This document shows, in pieces, positions 36,820 to 48,091 of a stretch of 51,106 nucleotides of DNA. The notes under the pieces are model-generated. The model was not told the origin of the DNA and made no database searches. It saw only the letters and a list, made by a program, of their open reading frames with translations. The translations under genes and the position numbers were made by a program. The DNA is taken from the NCBI GenBank assembly GCA_964475385.1, contig CAYYWV010000003.1, positions 1-51,106 of the forward strand, given 5' to 3'. Source of the stretch: an uncultured Alphaproteobacteria bacterium (GTDB taxonomy: Bacteria > Pseudomonadota > Alphaproteobacteria > JAAXGF01). The number at the start of each line of letters is the position of its first letter. Positions within the stretch are counted from its first letter, which is position 1.

Positions 36820-38040
36820 CTACGACGATCCCGACAGGATCACGGGTTGGCCCGGCGCGAGACGTTCATTGCCGCGCACGACGACGAGCTCCCCAGGCTC
36901 GAGCCCGCGCTTCACCTCGAGCCGCGCGCCCACCGCGGCGCCGATCTCGATCGGGCGCAGCTCGGCGACGCCGTTGTTAACCACGAAGACCGTAGCCCCG
37001 GCCTCGCCGTGGATGACCGCGTCCTTGTGCACGGTGGTCACCATGCGCGGCTTGCCGACCGGGATTTCGAGCGTCACCGACTGTCCGTCGGCAAGCGGCC
37101 CGGGCGCTCCGTCGAAGCGGGGGACGAAACGGACCGGGCGTGTGCGCGTCGACGGGTTCTCCTCGACCCCGATGGTGCGGACCGTGGCGATCCGGGGGCG
37201 GCCGTCGTCGAGACGAAAGCGGACCTCGACCCCGGGGGCGAGGCCCGCAATCTGGGCGAAGGGCACGTCGGCCTCGATCTCGATATCGGTATCGTTGACC
37301 AGAGTTACAACGCCCGCGCCGACATCGAGATAGGCGCCGACGTCGGTATGGCGGCGGGTCACCACGCCGTCGAAGGGCGCGCGGATCTCGGTGTGCGCAA
37401 GGTCGTCCTCGGCGAGCCGCAGGCTGGCCTGGCTGCGCAGGATGCGGGCCCGGCTCACGTCGATCTGCGCCTTGGCCTCGCGGATATCGGCGCGCGCCGC
37501 ATCCACGTCGCCGCGGGCGGCGGCTTCCTCCTGGGCCTTGTCGTCGAGGCGCGCCTGCGAGAACGCGGCCGACCGGCGCAGGCTTTGAAGCCGCGCGAGC
37601 TCTTGGCGGACGAGCGCCAGCCGGGCCTTGGCGGCCTGAAGTCGGGCCTGGGCCGAAGCCGCGCGGGCTTCGGCGTTGGCGAGGCTCGCCCGGCTCTCGG
37701 CGAGATCGGCGCGGGCGAGATCGCGCCGCCAGATGTGGCGGTCGCGCTCGATCACGGCGAGGATGTCGCCTTTCTTCACCCGGTCGCCGACGTGCACGCG
37801 CATCTCGACGACCGGGCCCGCGGTGCGCGCCGCGACCTCGACCCGCTGGCGGGTGACCAGGCGGCCGATCACCGGCGCGGTCTGGCTGAACGGCTCGCGC
37901 GCGACCGCATCGACGACCACGTTCGCGGCCTGGGCGCGGACCGGCCCGGCCGCGGCGACCGCGAGAAACCCGAGCACGGCCGCGGCCGCCGCAAGGCGCA
38001 AGGTCGGCGACGAATGTCTCGTCCGGATGCGGCTCGTCAT
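36820..38040 (-). CDS. RND periplasmic adaptor (membrane fusion protein)
   Basis: VGDRVKKGDILA lipoyl half, long coiled coil, IRAPFDGVV and GLEPGELVVVRG. Confidence 0.93.
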   Translation of the reverse strand: MTSRIRTRHSSPTLRLAAAAAVLGFLAVAAAGPVRAQAANVVVDAVAREPFSQTAPVIGRLVTRQRVEVAARTAGPVVEMRVHVGDRVKKGDILAVIERDRHIWRRDLARADLAESRASLANAEARAASAQARLQAAKARLALVRQELARLQSLRRSAAFSQARLDDKAQEEAAARGDVDAARADIREAKAQIDVSRARILRSQASLRLAEDDLAHTEIRAPFDGVVTRRHTDVGAYLDVGAGVVTLVNDTDIEIEADVPFAQIAGLAPGVEVRFRLDDGRPRIATVRTIGVEENPSTRTRPVRFVPRFDGAPGPLADGQSVTLEIPVGKPRMVTTVHKDAVIHGEAGATVFVVNNGVAELRPIEIGAAVGARLEVKRGLEPGELVVVRGNERLAPGQPVILSGSS

Positions 38041-38208
38041 GGCCGGCGATCATACCCTACTGGGCGCGCGCCGGCCACGGCGCGCTCGCGGCGCGGGGCG
38101 GGACACGCCTTCCGGAAATCCAGGCTGGCCCGGGGCCGGCGATTGTGGAAGAGTCTCAAGCGGTCGCGCATCATTGCGTTTCATCGAACCTGTTGGGGGA
38201 GGGCGGCC

Positions 38209-39135
38209 ATGACGACGGCGCTATTCACCCATCCGGCCTGTCTCGAACACGATCCCGGGCCGTTTCATCCCGAAAGCCCGGCCCGGCTGCGCGCGGTGCT
38301 CGATGCGCTCGACGCCCCGGAGTTCGCCGCCCTCGACCGGCGCGAGGCCCCGCGGGCCGCACGCGAGGCGCTCGAGCGCGCGCACGCGCCCGCTTATGTC
38401 GAAATGGTGCTGTCGAGCGTTCCGGCAACCGGGCGTGTGCACCTCGATCCCGACACGGCGCTCTCGCCGGGCTCGGGCGAAGCGGCGCTGCGCGCGGCAG
38501 GCGCGGTCTGCGCCGCGGTCGATGCGGTGGCCGCGGGCGAGGCCGCCAACGCCTTTTGCGCCGTCCGCCCGCCCGGCCACCACGCCGAGGCCGCGCGGGC
38601 GATGGGCTTCTGCCTGTTCAACAACGTCGCCGTCGGCGCGCTTCACGCCCGCGCCGTCCATGGGCTTGAGCGGGTCGCGGTGATCGACTTCGACGTCCAT
38701 CACGGCAACGGCACCCAACACATGTTCGAGCGCGACCCCGGCCTGTTTTACGCCTCGACCCATCAGTGGCCTTACTACCCGGGCACCGGCGCCCGCGAGG
38801 AGACCGGGGTCGGCAACATCGTCAACGCGCCGCTCGCCGCCGGCGCGGGCGGCGAGGCGTTCCGCGACGCGATGACGCGCGAGATCCTGCCGGCGCTCAA
38901 GGCCTTCGGGCCCGATCTCGTCATGATCTCGGCGGGCTTCGACGCCCACGTCGACGATCCCTTGGCCGGGCTCGCGCTCGTCGACGACGACTACGCTTGG
39001 GCGACGCGGGAAATATTGGCGCTTGCGCGCGAATCTTGCGCGGGCCGGGTCGTCTCGACCCTCGAAGGGGGCTACGACCTCGCCGCCCTCGGACGGGTGG
39101 CGGCGGTCCATGTGGACGCGCTGATGCGCGCCTGA
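38209..39135 (+). CDS. Histone-deacetylase-family protein (acetylpolyamine amidohydrolase/AcuC-like)
   Basis: [40 protein letters not shown] and LEGGY. Confidence 0.93.
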   Translation: MTTALFTHPACLEHDPGPFHPESPARLRAVLDALDAPEFAALDRREAPRAAREALERAHAPAYVEMVLSSVPATGRVHLDPDTALSPGSGEAALRAAGAVCAAVDAVAAGEAANAFCAVRPPGHHAEAARAMGFCLFNNVAVGALHARAVHGLERVAVIDFDVHHGNGTQHMFERDPGLFYASTHQWPYYPGTGAREETGVGNIVNAPLAAGAGGEAFRDAMTREILPALKAFGPDLVMISAGFDAHVDDPLAGLALVDDDYAWATREILALARESCAGRVVSTLEGGYDLAALGRVAAVHVDALMRA

Positions 39136-39214
39136 GCGGGCGGCGGCCGGCCTTGTTTCGATTCCGGTGAGTTCGTACACTCGCGGCCGGAGACAGGCGG
39201 CGACGGAGCGCGGC

Positions 39215-39478
39215 ATGACCAACGGCGATAACGGCGGCAAGGCGGGGTCCGACATCGCCGGGCTCAGCTTCGAGGACGCGCTCGCCGAGCTCGAGGCGAT
39301 CGTCCAGCGCCTCGAGGCGGGCGAAGGCAAGCTCGACGAGGCGATCGACGCCTACGAACGCGGCGCGGCGCTCAAGCGGCACTGCGAGGCCAAGCTCCGC
39401 GAGGCCCAGGCGCGCATCGACAGGATCGTCGTCGCCGAGGACGGTTCGGTCGCGACCGAGCCGGTCGCCGAGGAGTAA
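39215..39478 (+). CDS. xseB: Exodeoxyribonuclease VII small subunit
   Basis: [17 protein letters not shown]...YERG...C...L. Confidence 0.95.
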   Translation: MTNGDNGGKAGSDIAGLSFEDALAELEAIVQRLEAGEGKLDEAIDAYERGAALKRHCEAKLREAQARIDRIVVAEDGSVATEPVAEE

Positions 39479-39485
39479 GGGGGGC

Positions 39486-40373
39486 TTGGCCGACCTCGCC
39501 ACCGCGCTCGGCGAGATCGCGCAGGCGGTCGATGCCGCGCTCGACGCGCTTTTGCCGCGCCCCCAAGGCCCCGAGGGCCGGGTCGCCGAGGCCATGCGTT
39601 ACGCCTGCCTTTCGGGCGGCAAGCGGCTGCGGCCTTTTCTCGTGGTCGCCGGGGCCGAGATGTTCGACGTCCCGCGCGCGGCGGCGCTGCAGGCCGCGGC
39701 GGCGGTCGAGATGATCCACTGCTACTCGCTGGTCCACGACGATCTGCCGGCGATGGACGACGACGATCTTCGCCGCGGGCGGCCGACCTGCCATGTCGCT
39801 TTCGACGAGGCGACGGCGATCCTCGCCGGCGACGGGCTTTTGACCTACGCCTTCGAGGTGCTCGGCGCGCCCGAGACCCACGCGAGCCCGGCGGTGCGCT
39901 GCGCGCTCGTGCAGGGGCTTGCGGCCGCGGCCGGGCCGGCGGGCATGGTCGGCGGCCAGATGATCGACCTTCGCGCCGCCGAAACCGCGCAAGACATCGA
40001 GGCCATCACCCGGCTTCAGGCGCTCAAAACCGGGGCGCTGATCGCCTTCGCTTGCGAGGCGGGCGCGATTCTCGGCGAGGCCGGGGACGAGGCCCGCGCC
40101 CGGCTCGGGGCTTACGGACGCGATCTCGGACTCGCCTTCCAGATCGCCGACGATCTCCTCGACGTGGAAGGCGACGCGGCCGCGCTCGGCAAGGCGGTGG
40201 GCAAGGACGCGGCCGCGGGCAAGGCCACTTTCGTCGGCCTTTTGGGCGTCGCGGGCGCGCGTGAGAAGGCGGCCGGGCTGGTCGAGGCGGCGTGCCGGGC
40301 GCTCGATCCCTTCGGGGGGCGCGCCGATCTCTTGCGCGCGGTCGCCCGCTTCGCCATCGAGCGCAGGCATTGA
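39486..40373 (+). CDS. ispA: Farnesyl diphosphate synthase
   Basis: GGKRLRP, SLVHDDLPAMDDDDLRRG, GQMID, KTG and FQIADDLLD. Confidence 0.95.
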   Translation: MADLATALGEIAQAVDAALDALLPRPQGPEGRVAEAMRYACLSGGKRLRPFLVVAGAEMFDVPRAAALQAAAAVEMIHCYSLVHDDLPAMDDDDLRRGRPTCHVAFDEATAILAGDGLLTYAFEVLGAPETHASPAVRCALVQGLAAAAGPAGMVGGQMIDLRAAETAQDIEAITRLQALKTGALIAFACEAGAILGEAGDEARARLGAYGRDLGLAFQIADDLLDVEGDAAALGKAVGKDAAAGKATFVGLLGVAGAREKAAGLVEAACRALDPFGGRADLLRAVARFAIERRH

Positions 40374-40417
40374 GATCGAGAAGAGGCCGGCCGCGCGCGC
40401 CGGACCGCTGAAACGCC

Positions 40418-41203
40418 ATGGCAGAGGAAAAGCGCTGCGCCCGCAAGGAACGGCTCGACGTTCTTCTGGTCGCGCGCGGCTTGGCCGAATCGCGCGCCCG
40501 CGCCCGGGCGCTGATCATGGCGGGCCGCGTGTTCGCAGGCGAGCGTCGGCTCGACAAGCCGGGGGCCCTGCTGCCGGCGGACGCCGAGATCGCCGTGCGC
40601 GGCCGCGACCATCCCTGGGTCTCGCGCGGCGGGGTCAAGCTCGCCCACGCCCTCGACCATTTCGCGATCGACCCCGAGGGCGCGGCGGCGATCGACCTCG
40701 GCGCCTCGACCGGGGGCTTCACCGACGTTCTTCTCAGCCGCGGCGCGGCGCGGGTCTATGCGGTCGACGTCGGCCGAGGACAGCTCGACTGGCGGCTGCG
40801 CGAAGACCCCCGCGTCGTCGTCCTCGAAGGGGTGAACGCCCGCTATCTCGGCCGCGATCAGGTGCCCGAGCCGGTCGATCTGATCGTCTGCGACGCGAGC
40901 TTCATCGGGCTCGAGACGCTGCTTCCCGCGCCGCTCGCGCTCGCCGCGCCGCGGGCCGCGCTGATCGCGCTGATCAAGCCCCAGTTCGAGGCCGGCCCCG
41001 GGAACGTCGGCAAAGGCGGCGTCGTGCGGGATGCGGCGGTGCGCGAGGCGGTCTGCGCCCGGATTCGCGCCTGGCTCGACGGCCTTCCGGACTGGCGGGT
41101 GATCGGGCTTATCGAAAGCCCGATCCGCGGCGCGCGCGGCAATGTCGAGTTCCTGATCGCCGCCCGAAAGGAGCCGGAGAGCGAGCGCGATCCGGCGTCG
41201 TGA
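40418..41203 (+). CDS. tlyA: TlyA family rRNA (cytidine-2'-O)-methyltransferase
   Basis: S4 domain RLDVLLV, VSRGGVKL, DLGASTGGFTD, LIKPQFE and GNVEF. Confidence 0.95.
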   Translation: MAEEKRCARKERLDVLLVARGLAESRARARALIMAGRVFAGERRLDKPGALLPADAEIAVRGRDHPWVSRGGVKLAHALDHFAIDPEGAAAIDLGASTGGFTDVLLSRGAARVYAVDVGRGQLDWRLREDPRVVVLEGVNARYLGRDQVPEPVDLIVCDASFIGLETLLPAPLALAAPRAALIALIKPQFEAGPGNVGKGGVVRDAAVREAVCARIRAWLDGLPDWRVIGLIESPIRGARGNVEFLIAARKEPESERDPAS

Positions 41204-41209
41204 GAACGC

Positions 41210-42280
41210 TCAGCCGCACTGGGCGCGGTGGCGCAGCAGATGGTCGGCGAGCACGCAGGCGAGCATCGCCTCGCCCACCGGCGCGGCGCGAATGCCGACG
41301 CAAGGGTCGTGGCGGCCCTTGGTCGCGATCTCGACCTCGTTGCCGGCGACGTCCACGGTCCGGCGCGGAATTCGGATCGAGCTCGTCGGCTTGACCGCGA
41401 AGCGGGCGACGATGTCCTGGCCGGTCGAGATGCCGCCGAGGATACCGCCCGCGTGGTTGGAGAGGAAGACGACGCGCCCGTCCTTCATGCGCATCTCGTC
41501 GGTGCCGGTCTCGCCGGTCTGGGCGGCGGCGGCGAAGCCCGCGCCGATCTCGACCCCTTTGACGGCGTTTATGCTCATGAGCGCCCCGGCGATCTCGGCG
41601 TCGAGCTTGCCGTAGACCGGCGCGCCGAGGCCGGCGGGCACGCCCGTGGCCACCACCTCGATCACCGCGCCGGCGGACGAGCCCGCCTTGCGCAGGCCGT
41701 CGAGGTACGCTTCCCAGGTCTCCACGATCCCGGGGTCGGGCGAGAAGAAGGGGTTGCGCGCGGTCTCGTCCCAGTCCCAGCGCGCGCGGTCGATCGCGTG
41801 GGGGCCGATCTGGATCACGGCGGCGCGGATCGAGACGCTTTCGCCCAGAACCTTGCGGGCGACCGCGCCGGCGGCGACCCGCATCGCGGTCTCGCGCGCG
41901 CTCGACCGGCCGCCGCCGCGGGGGTCGCGGTGGCCGTACTTCGCCATATAGGCGTAATCGGCGTGGCCGGGCCGGAAGCGGTCGGCGATCGCGTCGTAGT
42001 CCTTCGCGCGCGCGTCCTCGTTGGCGATGATCATCGCGATCGGCGTGCCCGTGGTCAGGCCTTCGTAGACGCCCGAGACGATCGTCACCCGGTCGGGCTC
42101 GCGGCGCTGGGTGGTGAAACGCGATTGGCCCGGCCGCCGGCGATCGAGCCAGGGCTGGATGTCGGCCTCGGAAAGCGGGATGCGCGGCGGCACGCCGTCG
42201 ACCACGCAGCCGATCTGCGGACCGTGGCTTTCGCCCCAGGTGGTGACGCGGAAGAGATGGCCGAAGCTGTTGTGGGACAC
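41210..42280 (-). CDS. aroC: Chorismate synthase
   Basis: [31 protein letters not shown] and GRHDPCV. Confidence 0.97.
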   Translation of the reverse strand: MSHNSFGHLFRVTTWGESHGPQIGCVVDGVPPRIPLSEADIQPWLDRRRPGQSRFTTQRREPDRVTIVSGVYEGLTTGTPIAMIIANEDARAKDYDAIADRFRPGHADYAYMAKYGHRDPRGGGRSSARETAMRVAAGAVARKVLGESVSIRAAVIQIGPHAIDRARWDWDETARNPFFSPDPGIVETWEAYLDGLRKAGSSAGAVIEVVATGVPAGLGAPVYGKLDAEIAGALMSINAVKGVEIGAGFAAAAQTGETGTDEMRMKDGRVVFLSNHAGGILGGISTGQDIVARFAVKPTSSIRIPRRTVDVAGNEVEIATKGRHDPCVGIRAAPVGEAMLACVLADHLLRHRAQCG

Positions 42281-42296
42281 GGCCCGCGCCGGCCGC

Positions 42297-43109
42297 CTAG
42301 ACGACCGAGATGTCGGGCGCGTCCACCGCCTTCATGCCGACCGTGTGATAGCCGCAGTCGACGTGGTGGACCTCGCCGGTCACGCCCGATGCGAGATCGC
42401 TGAGCAGGTAAAGCGCCGCGCCGCCGACCTCGTCGATGGTGACGTTGCGCTTGAGCGGCGAGTTGTACTCGTTCCACTTGAGGATGTAGCGGAAGTCGCC
42501 GATGCCTGAGGCGGCGAGGGTCTTGATCGGCCCGGCCGAGATCGCGTTGACCCGGATTCCTTCGCCGCCGAGATCGACCGCGAGGTAGCGCACGCTGGCC
42601 TCGAGCGCAGCCTTGGCCACGCCCATGACGTTGTAGTGCGGCATCACGCGCTCGGCCCCGAGGTAGGTGAGCGTGAGCAGGCTGCCGCCGGCTCCCATCA
42701 GGGGCACCGCGCGCTGACAGGCGGCGGTGAACGAGTAGCACGAGATCGCCATCGTGCGGGCGAAGTTGTCGGGGGTGGTGTCGATGTAGCGGCCCTTGAG
42801 CTCGTCCTTGTCGGAGAAGGCGATCGCGTGGACCAGGAAGTCGAGCCGCCCCCAGGTCTCGGACAGGGTCGCGAAGACCCGGTCCATCGAGCCTTCGTCG
42901 GTGACGTCGCAGGCGAGCACGAGGTCGGAGCCCACGCTTTCGGCGAGCGGCCGAACGCGGCGGCCAAGCGCATCGCCCTGATAGGTGAATGCGAGCGTCG
43001 CCTCGTGGGCCGCGAGCCGGCGCGCGATTCCCCAAGCGATCGAGCGGTCATTGGCGACGCCCATGATCAAACCTTTCTTCCCCGCCATCAGGGGCGTCGC
43101 TTCGCTCAT
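42297..43109 (-). CDS. fabI: Enoyl-ACP reductase
   Basis: [24 protein letters not shown] and AGPIKTLAA. Confidence 0.97.
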   Translation of the reverse strand: MSEATPLMAGKKGLIMGVANDRSIAWGIARRLAAHEATLAFTYQGDALGRRVRPLAESVGSDLVLACDVTDEGSMDRVFATLSETWGRLDFLVHAIAFSDKDELKGRYIDTTPDNFARTMAISCYSFTAACQRAVPLMGAGGSLLTLTYLGAERVMPHYNVMGVAKAALEASVRYLAVDLGGEGIRVNAISAGPIKTLAASGIGDFRYILKWNEYNSPLKRNVTIDEVGGAALYLLSDLASGVTGEVHHVDCGYHTVGMKAVDAPDISVV

Positions 43110-43329
43110 CCCGAACCTCTTTAACCTTTATGATACTCCGGAAAACGTCAAAAGTGGCGGCATCCTACACGATCATGGGGGCCGGTCAAACGGCCGCCGC
43201 TGCAGAGCGGTGGATGGGCTCTCTCACGTATCGCGCCCGCCGGGTCGGCGGGCGCAAAGACAACGAAGCTCCTTCCCCGTTTATGCGCGCGAACGTCTCG
43301 TTGCGCCCAAACGGGCCGGGGCCGAGGCC

Positions 43330-43806
43330 CTAGTTGACGACCGTCCAGCGGCCGTCAGGCTCGCGGCAAGCGGTTCCGCGTACGATCTCGGTCTTGCCGT
43401 CGATGGTCACCGTCGTCTCGTACTCGCGGCAAGGCTGGCCCTCGGCGGTCTCGTAGGTCCGTTTCGGCGTGAAGGTTCCCGAGTTCCCGGTGTTCGGGTT
43501 CTTCCAGGTCGAGGTCGTGCCGTCGGGACGCTTCTCAAGCGCTTGCGCCGCCGTGCGCTCGGCGTACAGGCGATCGGCCTTGTCGAGAGAGCGGCCGGCC
43601 TCGCGGCCGAGCAACCCGCCGAGAAGAACGCCCGCGCCGACGGCGGCGAGCTTGCCGGAGCCCGAGCCGATCTGGCTTCCGGCGAGGCCGCCGAGCCCGG
43701 CCCCGATGAGCGTGCCTAGGGTCTCCTTCTCGCCGGCGTTGGTGTTGGCGCAGGCCGCAAGCGAGAACGCCGCGGCGAACACGATCGCGATTCGGCTGAT
43801 CTTCAT
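43330..43806 (-). CDS. Glycine-zipper outer-membrane lipoprotein (Rickettsia 17-kDa antigen / RT0821-Lpp0805 family)
   Basis: Lipobox LAAC, glycine zipper, [14 protein letters not shown] and [11 protein letters not shown]. Confidence 0.92.
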   Translation of the reverse strand: MKISRIAIVFAAAFSLAACANTNAGEKETLGTLIGAGLGGLAGSQIGSGSGKLAAVGAGVLLGGLLGREAGRSLDKADRLYAERTAAQALEKRPDGTTSTWKNPNTGNSGTFTPKRTYETAEGQPCREYETTVTIDGKTEIVRGTACREPDGRWTVVN

Positions 43807-43940
43807 GGGCGTTTCCCTCAAAACATCGAACCGGGCCGTGCAAGCGGTCTCGCGCGGCCTCTCAAGCCTGTAATATAGTCCGTCCGGGGCGATCTTTACA
43901 GGCCCGCCGCCGCTTTCATTCGGAGTTCCAGAGGGGTGCG

Positions 43941-44534
43941 ATGTCTATTCCCGACACCGACGATCCGATCGCGCTGTTCGCCGCCTGGTACGACGAGGCG
44001 CAGCACTGCGGCCTCAAGAACCCAACGGCGGTCGCGCTCGCCACCTCGGACGCCGAGGGCCGGCCGTCGGTGCGGATGGTGCTTCTCAAGGGGTTCGACG
44101 CGACGGGGTTCGTCTTCTACACTAACCTCGGAAGCCGTAAGGGCCGCGAACTCAGGCGTCCGGCCGCCCACGCCGCGCTATGCTTCTACTGGCCGCCGCT
44201 CGACCGTCAGGTGCGCATCGAAGGGCCGGTCTCGCAGGTCTCGGACGCGGAGGCCGACGCCTATTTCGCGACTCGGCCGCGCCAGTCCCAGATCGGCGCC
44301 TGGGCGTCGCGCCAGTCGGAACCGCTCGAAAGCCGGTTCGCGCTCGAAAAACGGGTGGCGAAGTTCGGGCTCAAGTTCGGGACCGGGCCGGTGCCGCGCC
44401 CGCCCCACTGGAGCGGGTTCCGCATCCGCCCTGATGCGATCGAGTTCTGGCGCGAGGGCGCGTTTCGCCTTCACGACCGGCTGCGCTTCACCCGGGCGAG
44501 CGACGGATGGATCCATGAACGCCTCTACCCTTAG
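43941..44534 (+). CDS. pdxH: Pyridoxamine 5'-phosphate oxidase
   Basis: [36 protein letters not shown] and RLYP. Confidence 0.97.
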   Translation: MSIPDTDDPIALFAAWYDEAQHCGLKNPTAVALATSDAEGRPSVRMVLLKGFDATGFVFYTNLGSRKGRELRRPAAHAALCFYWPPLDRQVRIEGPVSQVSDAEADAYFATRPRQSQIGAWASRQSEPLESRFALEKRVAKFGLKFGTGPVPRPPHWSGFRIRPDAIEFWREGAFRLHDRLRFTRASDGWIHERLYP

Positions 44535-44567
44535 AACCCGCCGCTCTTGGCGGATGGAGGACCGGTG

Positions 44568-45524
44568 ATGGCGCGCGCCGGGGACGGACGAAGGCGGGGG
44601 CCGGGCGCGGTGGAGATCGAGGTTCCGGCCGCCGAAGGCGTGCGCTTGATGAAGATGGCGACCGCCGCTTCGGTCGGCGTCGCGCTGATCCTGATCGCGG
44701 TCAAGACGGCGACCTGGCTCGCCACCGATTCGGTGAGCGTGCTTTCCTCGCTCGTCGACTCGGCGATGGACGCGACCGCCTCGCTCATCAACTTCTTCGC
44801 CGTGCGCCACGCGCTCCAGCCCGCCGACCGCGAGCACCGTTTCGGCCACGGCAAGGCCGAGCCGCTCGCCGGCCTCGGGCAGGCGGCGTTCATCACCGGC
44901 TCGGCGATCTTTCTGTGCATCGAGGCGATCCGCCGCCTGATCGAGCCGCGGCCGATCGAAAACGCGGCCGCAGGCATCGCGGTCATGGTCTTCGCCATCG
45001 CGGTTACGGTCGGGCTGGTCGCCTTTCAGCGCTATGTGATCCGGCGCACGGGCTCGACCGCGGTCGGGGCCGATGCCTTGCACTACGAATCGGACGTTCT
45101 CGTCAACGCGAGCGTGATCGTCTCGCTGGGGCTCGCCGCGTGGCTCGGTTTCACCCTCGCGGACCCGTTGTTCGGCCTTGCGATCGCCGCTTACCTGCTA
45201 TGGGGGGCCTGGAAGATTCTGCGCCGCGCGCTCGACGTGCTCATGGACCGGGAGTTCTCGGAGGACGACCGGGCGCGAATCCGCGGCATCGTGCTTTCGC
45301 ACCCGCAGGTGAAGGGCATGCACGACCTGCGCACCCGCTGGTCCGGGATTCAGCCCTTCATCCAGCTCCATCTCGAGCTCGACGGAGATATTTCGCTTCT
45401 CGAGGCCCACGCCATCGCCGACGAGGTCGAAGCCGAAATCCGCGAGGTGTTCTCGGGCGCCGAGATCATCATCCACCAAGACCCGGCCGGGATCGAGGAG
45501 CCCCACAGCTCCCTTCCGGCGTAA
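44568..45524 (+). CDS. fieF: Cation diffusion facilitator, FieF/YiiP-like
   Basis: DSAMD, HRFGHGKAE, DALHYESD, HDLRTR and IIHQDP. Confidence 0.9.
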   Translation: MARAGDGRRRGPGAVEIEVPAAEGVRLMKMATAASVGVALILIAVKTATWLATDSVSVLSSLVDSAMDATASLINFFAVRHALQPADREHRFGHGKAEPLAGLGQAAFITGSAIFLCIEAIRRLIEPRPIENAAAGIAVMVFAIAVTVGLVAFQRYVIRRTGSTAVGADALHYESDVLVNASVIVSLGLAAWLGFTLADPLFGLAIAAYLLWGAWKILRRALDVLMDREFSEDDRARIRGIVLSHPQVKGMHDLRTRWSGIQPFIQLHLELDGDISLLEAHAIADEVEAEIREVFSGAEIIIHQDPAGIEEPHSSLPA

Positions 45525-45537
45525 GCCCGGACGAGCC

Positions 45538-47097
45538 GTGATCACCGAGGACCAGAGCGAGACCATCGCCTTGTTGTCGACGCCCGAAACCTACGGCGCG
45601 GGCGTCGCGGCGGTCGCGCGCATAGACACCCATATCTCGATCGTCTTCCTCGCCGGGGAGCGCGCTTATAAGCTCAAGCGCGCGGTGCGTTTCGACTACC
45701 TCGACTTCTCGACCGCCGAGCTGCGCCGCCGCGCCTGCGAGGCCGAGGTCCGGATCAACCGGCGCACTGCGCCCGAACTCTACCTCGGCGTGGTTCCTGT
45801 GACCCGGGCCGCGAAAGGCGGGCTTGCGCTCGGCGGCGCAGGCCAGGCCGTCGATTGGCTGGTCGAGATGCGCCGCTTCGACGAGGACGCGCTTCTCGAC
45901 CGGGTGGCCGCGCGCGGCGCGCTCGATCCCGCAATCGTCGAGGCGGCGGCCGACGCCGCGCTCGCCCTTTACGAGACCGCCGAGCGCCGCCCCGATAAGG
46001 GCGGACGGGCCGGCATGGCCTGGGTGATCGAAGGCAATATCGCAGGGCTCGGCGAGCACGCCGGCGCGCGGCTTTCGGCGCAGGCGGTCGAGGCCTACGC
46101 GCAGGCCGCGCGAGCGGCGCTCGACGCCCACGGCGAGCTTCTGGAGGCGCGGCGGAAAGCCGGCTTCGTGCGCCTGTGCCACGGCGATCTCCATCTCGGC
46201 AACATCTGTCTGATCGGCGGCCGCCCGGTGCTGTTCGACGCCATCGAGTTCAACGACGACATCGCCTGCTGCGACGTGCTTTACGACTTCGCGTTTCTGG
46301 TGATGGACCTTCTGCACCGGGGGTTTCGAGGGCTCGCGAACCGCGCGCTCAACCGCTATCTCGCCATGGCGGACGATTTCGGCGGGCTTGCGCTTCTCGG
46401 GCTGTTTCTGTCCTGCCGCGCGGCGGTGCGGGCCAAGGTGACGGCGACCGCCGCGGCGGCAAGCGAGGAGAAAGCGCGCGCGGCCGCCCTCGACGACGAG
46501 GCGCGCCGCTACCTCGACGACGCGCAAAGCCGCCTCGTCCCGCCCGCGCCGCGCCTCATTGCGATCGGCGGGCTTTCGGGAAGCGGCAAATCGACGCTCG
46601 CGGCCGGCCTTGCGCCGCTTCTCGATGGTCCCGCGGGCGCGGTCGTGCTCCGCAGCGACGTGATCCGCAAGCGCTTGCTCGGCCGCGCGCCCAGCGAGCG
46701 CCTAGGGCCCGAAGGCTATGCGCCCGAGGTCACCGCAGCCGTCTACGAGCGGATCGGCGCGCGCGCGGCCGAGGCGCTCGCGGCGGGGCAGGCGGTCATC
46801 GCCGATGCGGTCTTCGCCCGCGAGGACGAGCGCGCCCGCCTCGCCCGGATCGCCGCTGCGGCCCGAGCGCCGTTTCACGGCTTCTGGCTCGAAGCGCCGG
46901 CGGATGCGCTCGCCGCTCGGGTGAGCGCGCGCAGGGGCGACGCCTCGGACGCCGACGCCCGGGTGGTGGCCGCCCAGCTTGGCTACGACCTCGGCGCCGT
47001 CGACTGGACCCGGATCGACGCGGCGCGCCCCGCGGACGCGGTCCTCGGCGATGTCGCCCGAAGGCTCGCCGCCGTCGGCGCCGCGGTCCGCGAATGA
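45538..47097 (+). CDS. Bifunctional APH-like kinase / P-loop (AAA_33) protein, Rv2004c-like
   Basis: THIS, AYKLKR, HGDLHLGNI and DAIEF; C-terminal GGLSGSGKS, RSDVIRK and DASDA. Confidence 0.88.
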   Translation: MITEDQSETIALLSTPETYGAGVAAVARIDTHISIVFLAGERAYKLKRAVRFDYLDFSTAELRRRACEAEVRINRRTAPELYLGVVPVTRAAKGGLALGGAGQAVDWLVEMRRFDEDALLDRVAARGALDPAIVEAAADAALALYETAERRPDKGGRAGMAWVIEGNIAGLGEHAGARLSAQAVEAYAQAARAALDAHGELLEARRKAGFVRLCHGDLHLGNICLIGGRPVLFDAIEFNDDIACCDVLYDFAFLVMDLLHRGFRGLANRALNRYLAMADDFGGLALLGLFLSCRAAVRAKVTATAAAASEEKARAAALDDEARRYLDDAQSRLVPPAPRLIAIGGLSGSGKSTLAAGLAPLLDGPAGAVVLRSDVIRKRLLGRAPSERLGPEGYAPEVTAAVYERIGARAAEALAAGQAVIADAVFAREDERARLARIAAAARAPFHGFWLEAPADALAARVSARRGDASDADARVVAAQLGYDLGAVDWTRIDAARPADAVLGDVARRLAAVGAAVRE

Positions 47098-47196
47098 GAA
47101 CTGGCCAGCGCCCGAGGAGCGGGTAGAATTGGGCGCCGGTGCGGGCCACATCGAAGCTAAGGCGCCGGGCAGCGCAGAGGCCATGGACGAGAGGTC

Positions 47197-48066
47197 ATGA
47201 ACATCAAAAAGATCCTGGTTCCCGTGACCGGCGCCGACGGCGGTCGGCCGGGGCTCGACGCGGCGTTCCTGATTGCGCGCCATCTGGAGGCGCATGTCGA
47301 AGGGCTGCATGCCCGGCGCAATGCGCGCGATGCGCTCGCTTACGTCGGCGAAGGAATGACCGGCGCCATGATCGAGGAGCTCATCGCGACCGCCGAAGAG
47401 GAAAGCGAGGCGCTCGCCAAGCGGGCGCGGCGCGACTTCGCCGCCGCCTGCGAGGCCGCCGGGTTCGCGCAGACCGAGGCCCGGCGCGCCAAGGACGGCA
47501 AGCCGACCGCGCATCTCCGGCTCGAGACCGGGCGGGCGGACGAGCTGGTCTCGCTCTCGGGCCGGGTCGCCGATCTGGTGGTGATCGCGCGTCCGGCGAG
47601 CGACGACGACATCGCGCTGCGCACGATCCTCGAGACGACGCTGCTCGAGAGCGGCCGGCCGCTGTTCGTGGTGCCGCCCGAAGGCCTTGCGGAAGCGCCG
47701 ACCAATCTCGCCATCGGCTGGAACGGCAGCGCCGAGGCGGCGCGCGCGGTGGCCCATGCGATGCCGTTTCTCGCCCGCGCCGAGCGGGTCACGGTGATCG
47801 CGGTCGAGGAAGGGGTTAAGCCCGGACCGTCGGCCGAGGCGCTCATCGACTACCTCGCCTGGCATGGCGTCGCGGCGACGCTGCACGCGATGCGCTCCGA
47901 GCAGCGCTCGACCGGCGAGATCCTGCTCGCCGACGCCAAGGCCGTGGGCGCCGGCGCGCTGGTGATGGGGGCCTACACCCATTCGCGGCTGAGACGCATG
48001 ATCTTCGGCAGCGCGACCGAGCATATGTTGAGCGTGGCCGACATCCCCGTCCTCATGATGCACTGA
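47197..48066 (+). CDS. Tandem-domain universal stress protein
   Basis: KKILVP, ADLVVIAR, WNGSAEAARA and LVMGAYTHSRLR...GSAT...PVLMMH. Confidence 0.93.
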   Translation: MNIKKILVPVTGADGGRPGLDAAFLIARHLEAHVEGLHARRNARDALAYVGEGMTGAMIEELIATAEEESEALAKRARRDFAAACEAAGFAQTEARRAKDGKPTAHLRLETGRADELVSLSGRVADLVVIARPASDDDIALRTILETTLLESGRPLFVVPPEGLAEAPTNLAIGWNGSAEAARAVAHAMPFLARAERVTVIAVEEGVKPGPSAEALIDYLAWHGVAATLHAMRSEQRSTGEILLADAKAVGAGALVMGAYTHSRLRRMIFGSATEHMLSVADIPVLMMH

Positions 48067-48091
48067 GCGCGCCTTGCCCGCAGGGGGCCGA

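Noticed and set aside
33559-38040. RND pump lacking an outer-membrane factor
   Set aside because: This is common in alphaproteobacteria, where TolC is encoded elsewhere.
33922-39135. 1737-aa plus-strand ORF
   Set aside because: It is the antisense shadow of the RND and MFP genes running in frame into the real deacetylase gene; only 38209-39135 has protein motifs.
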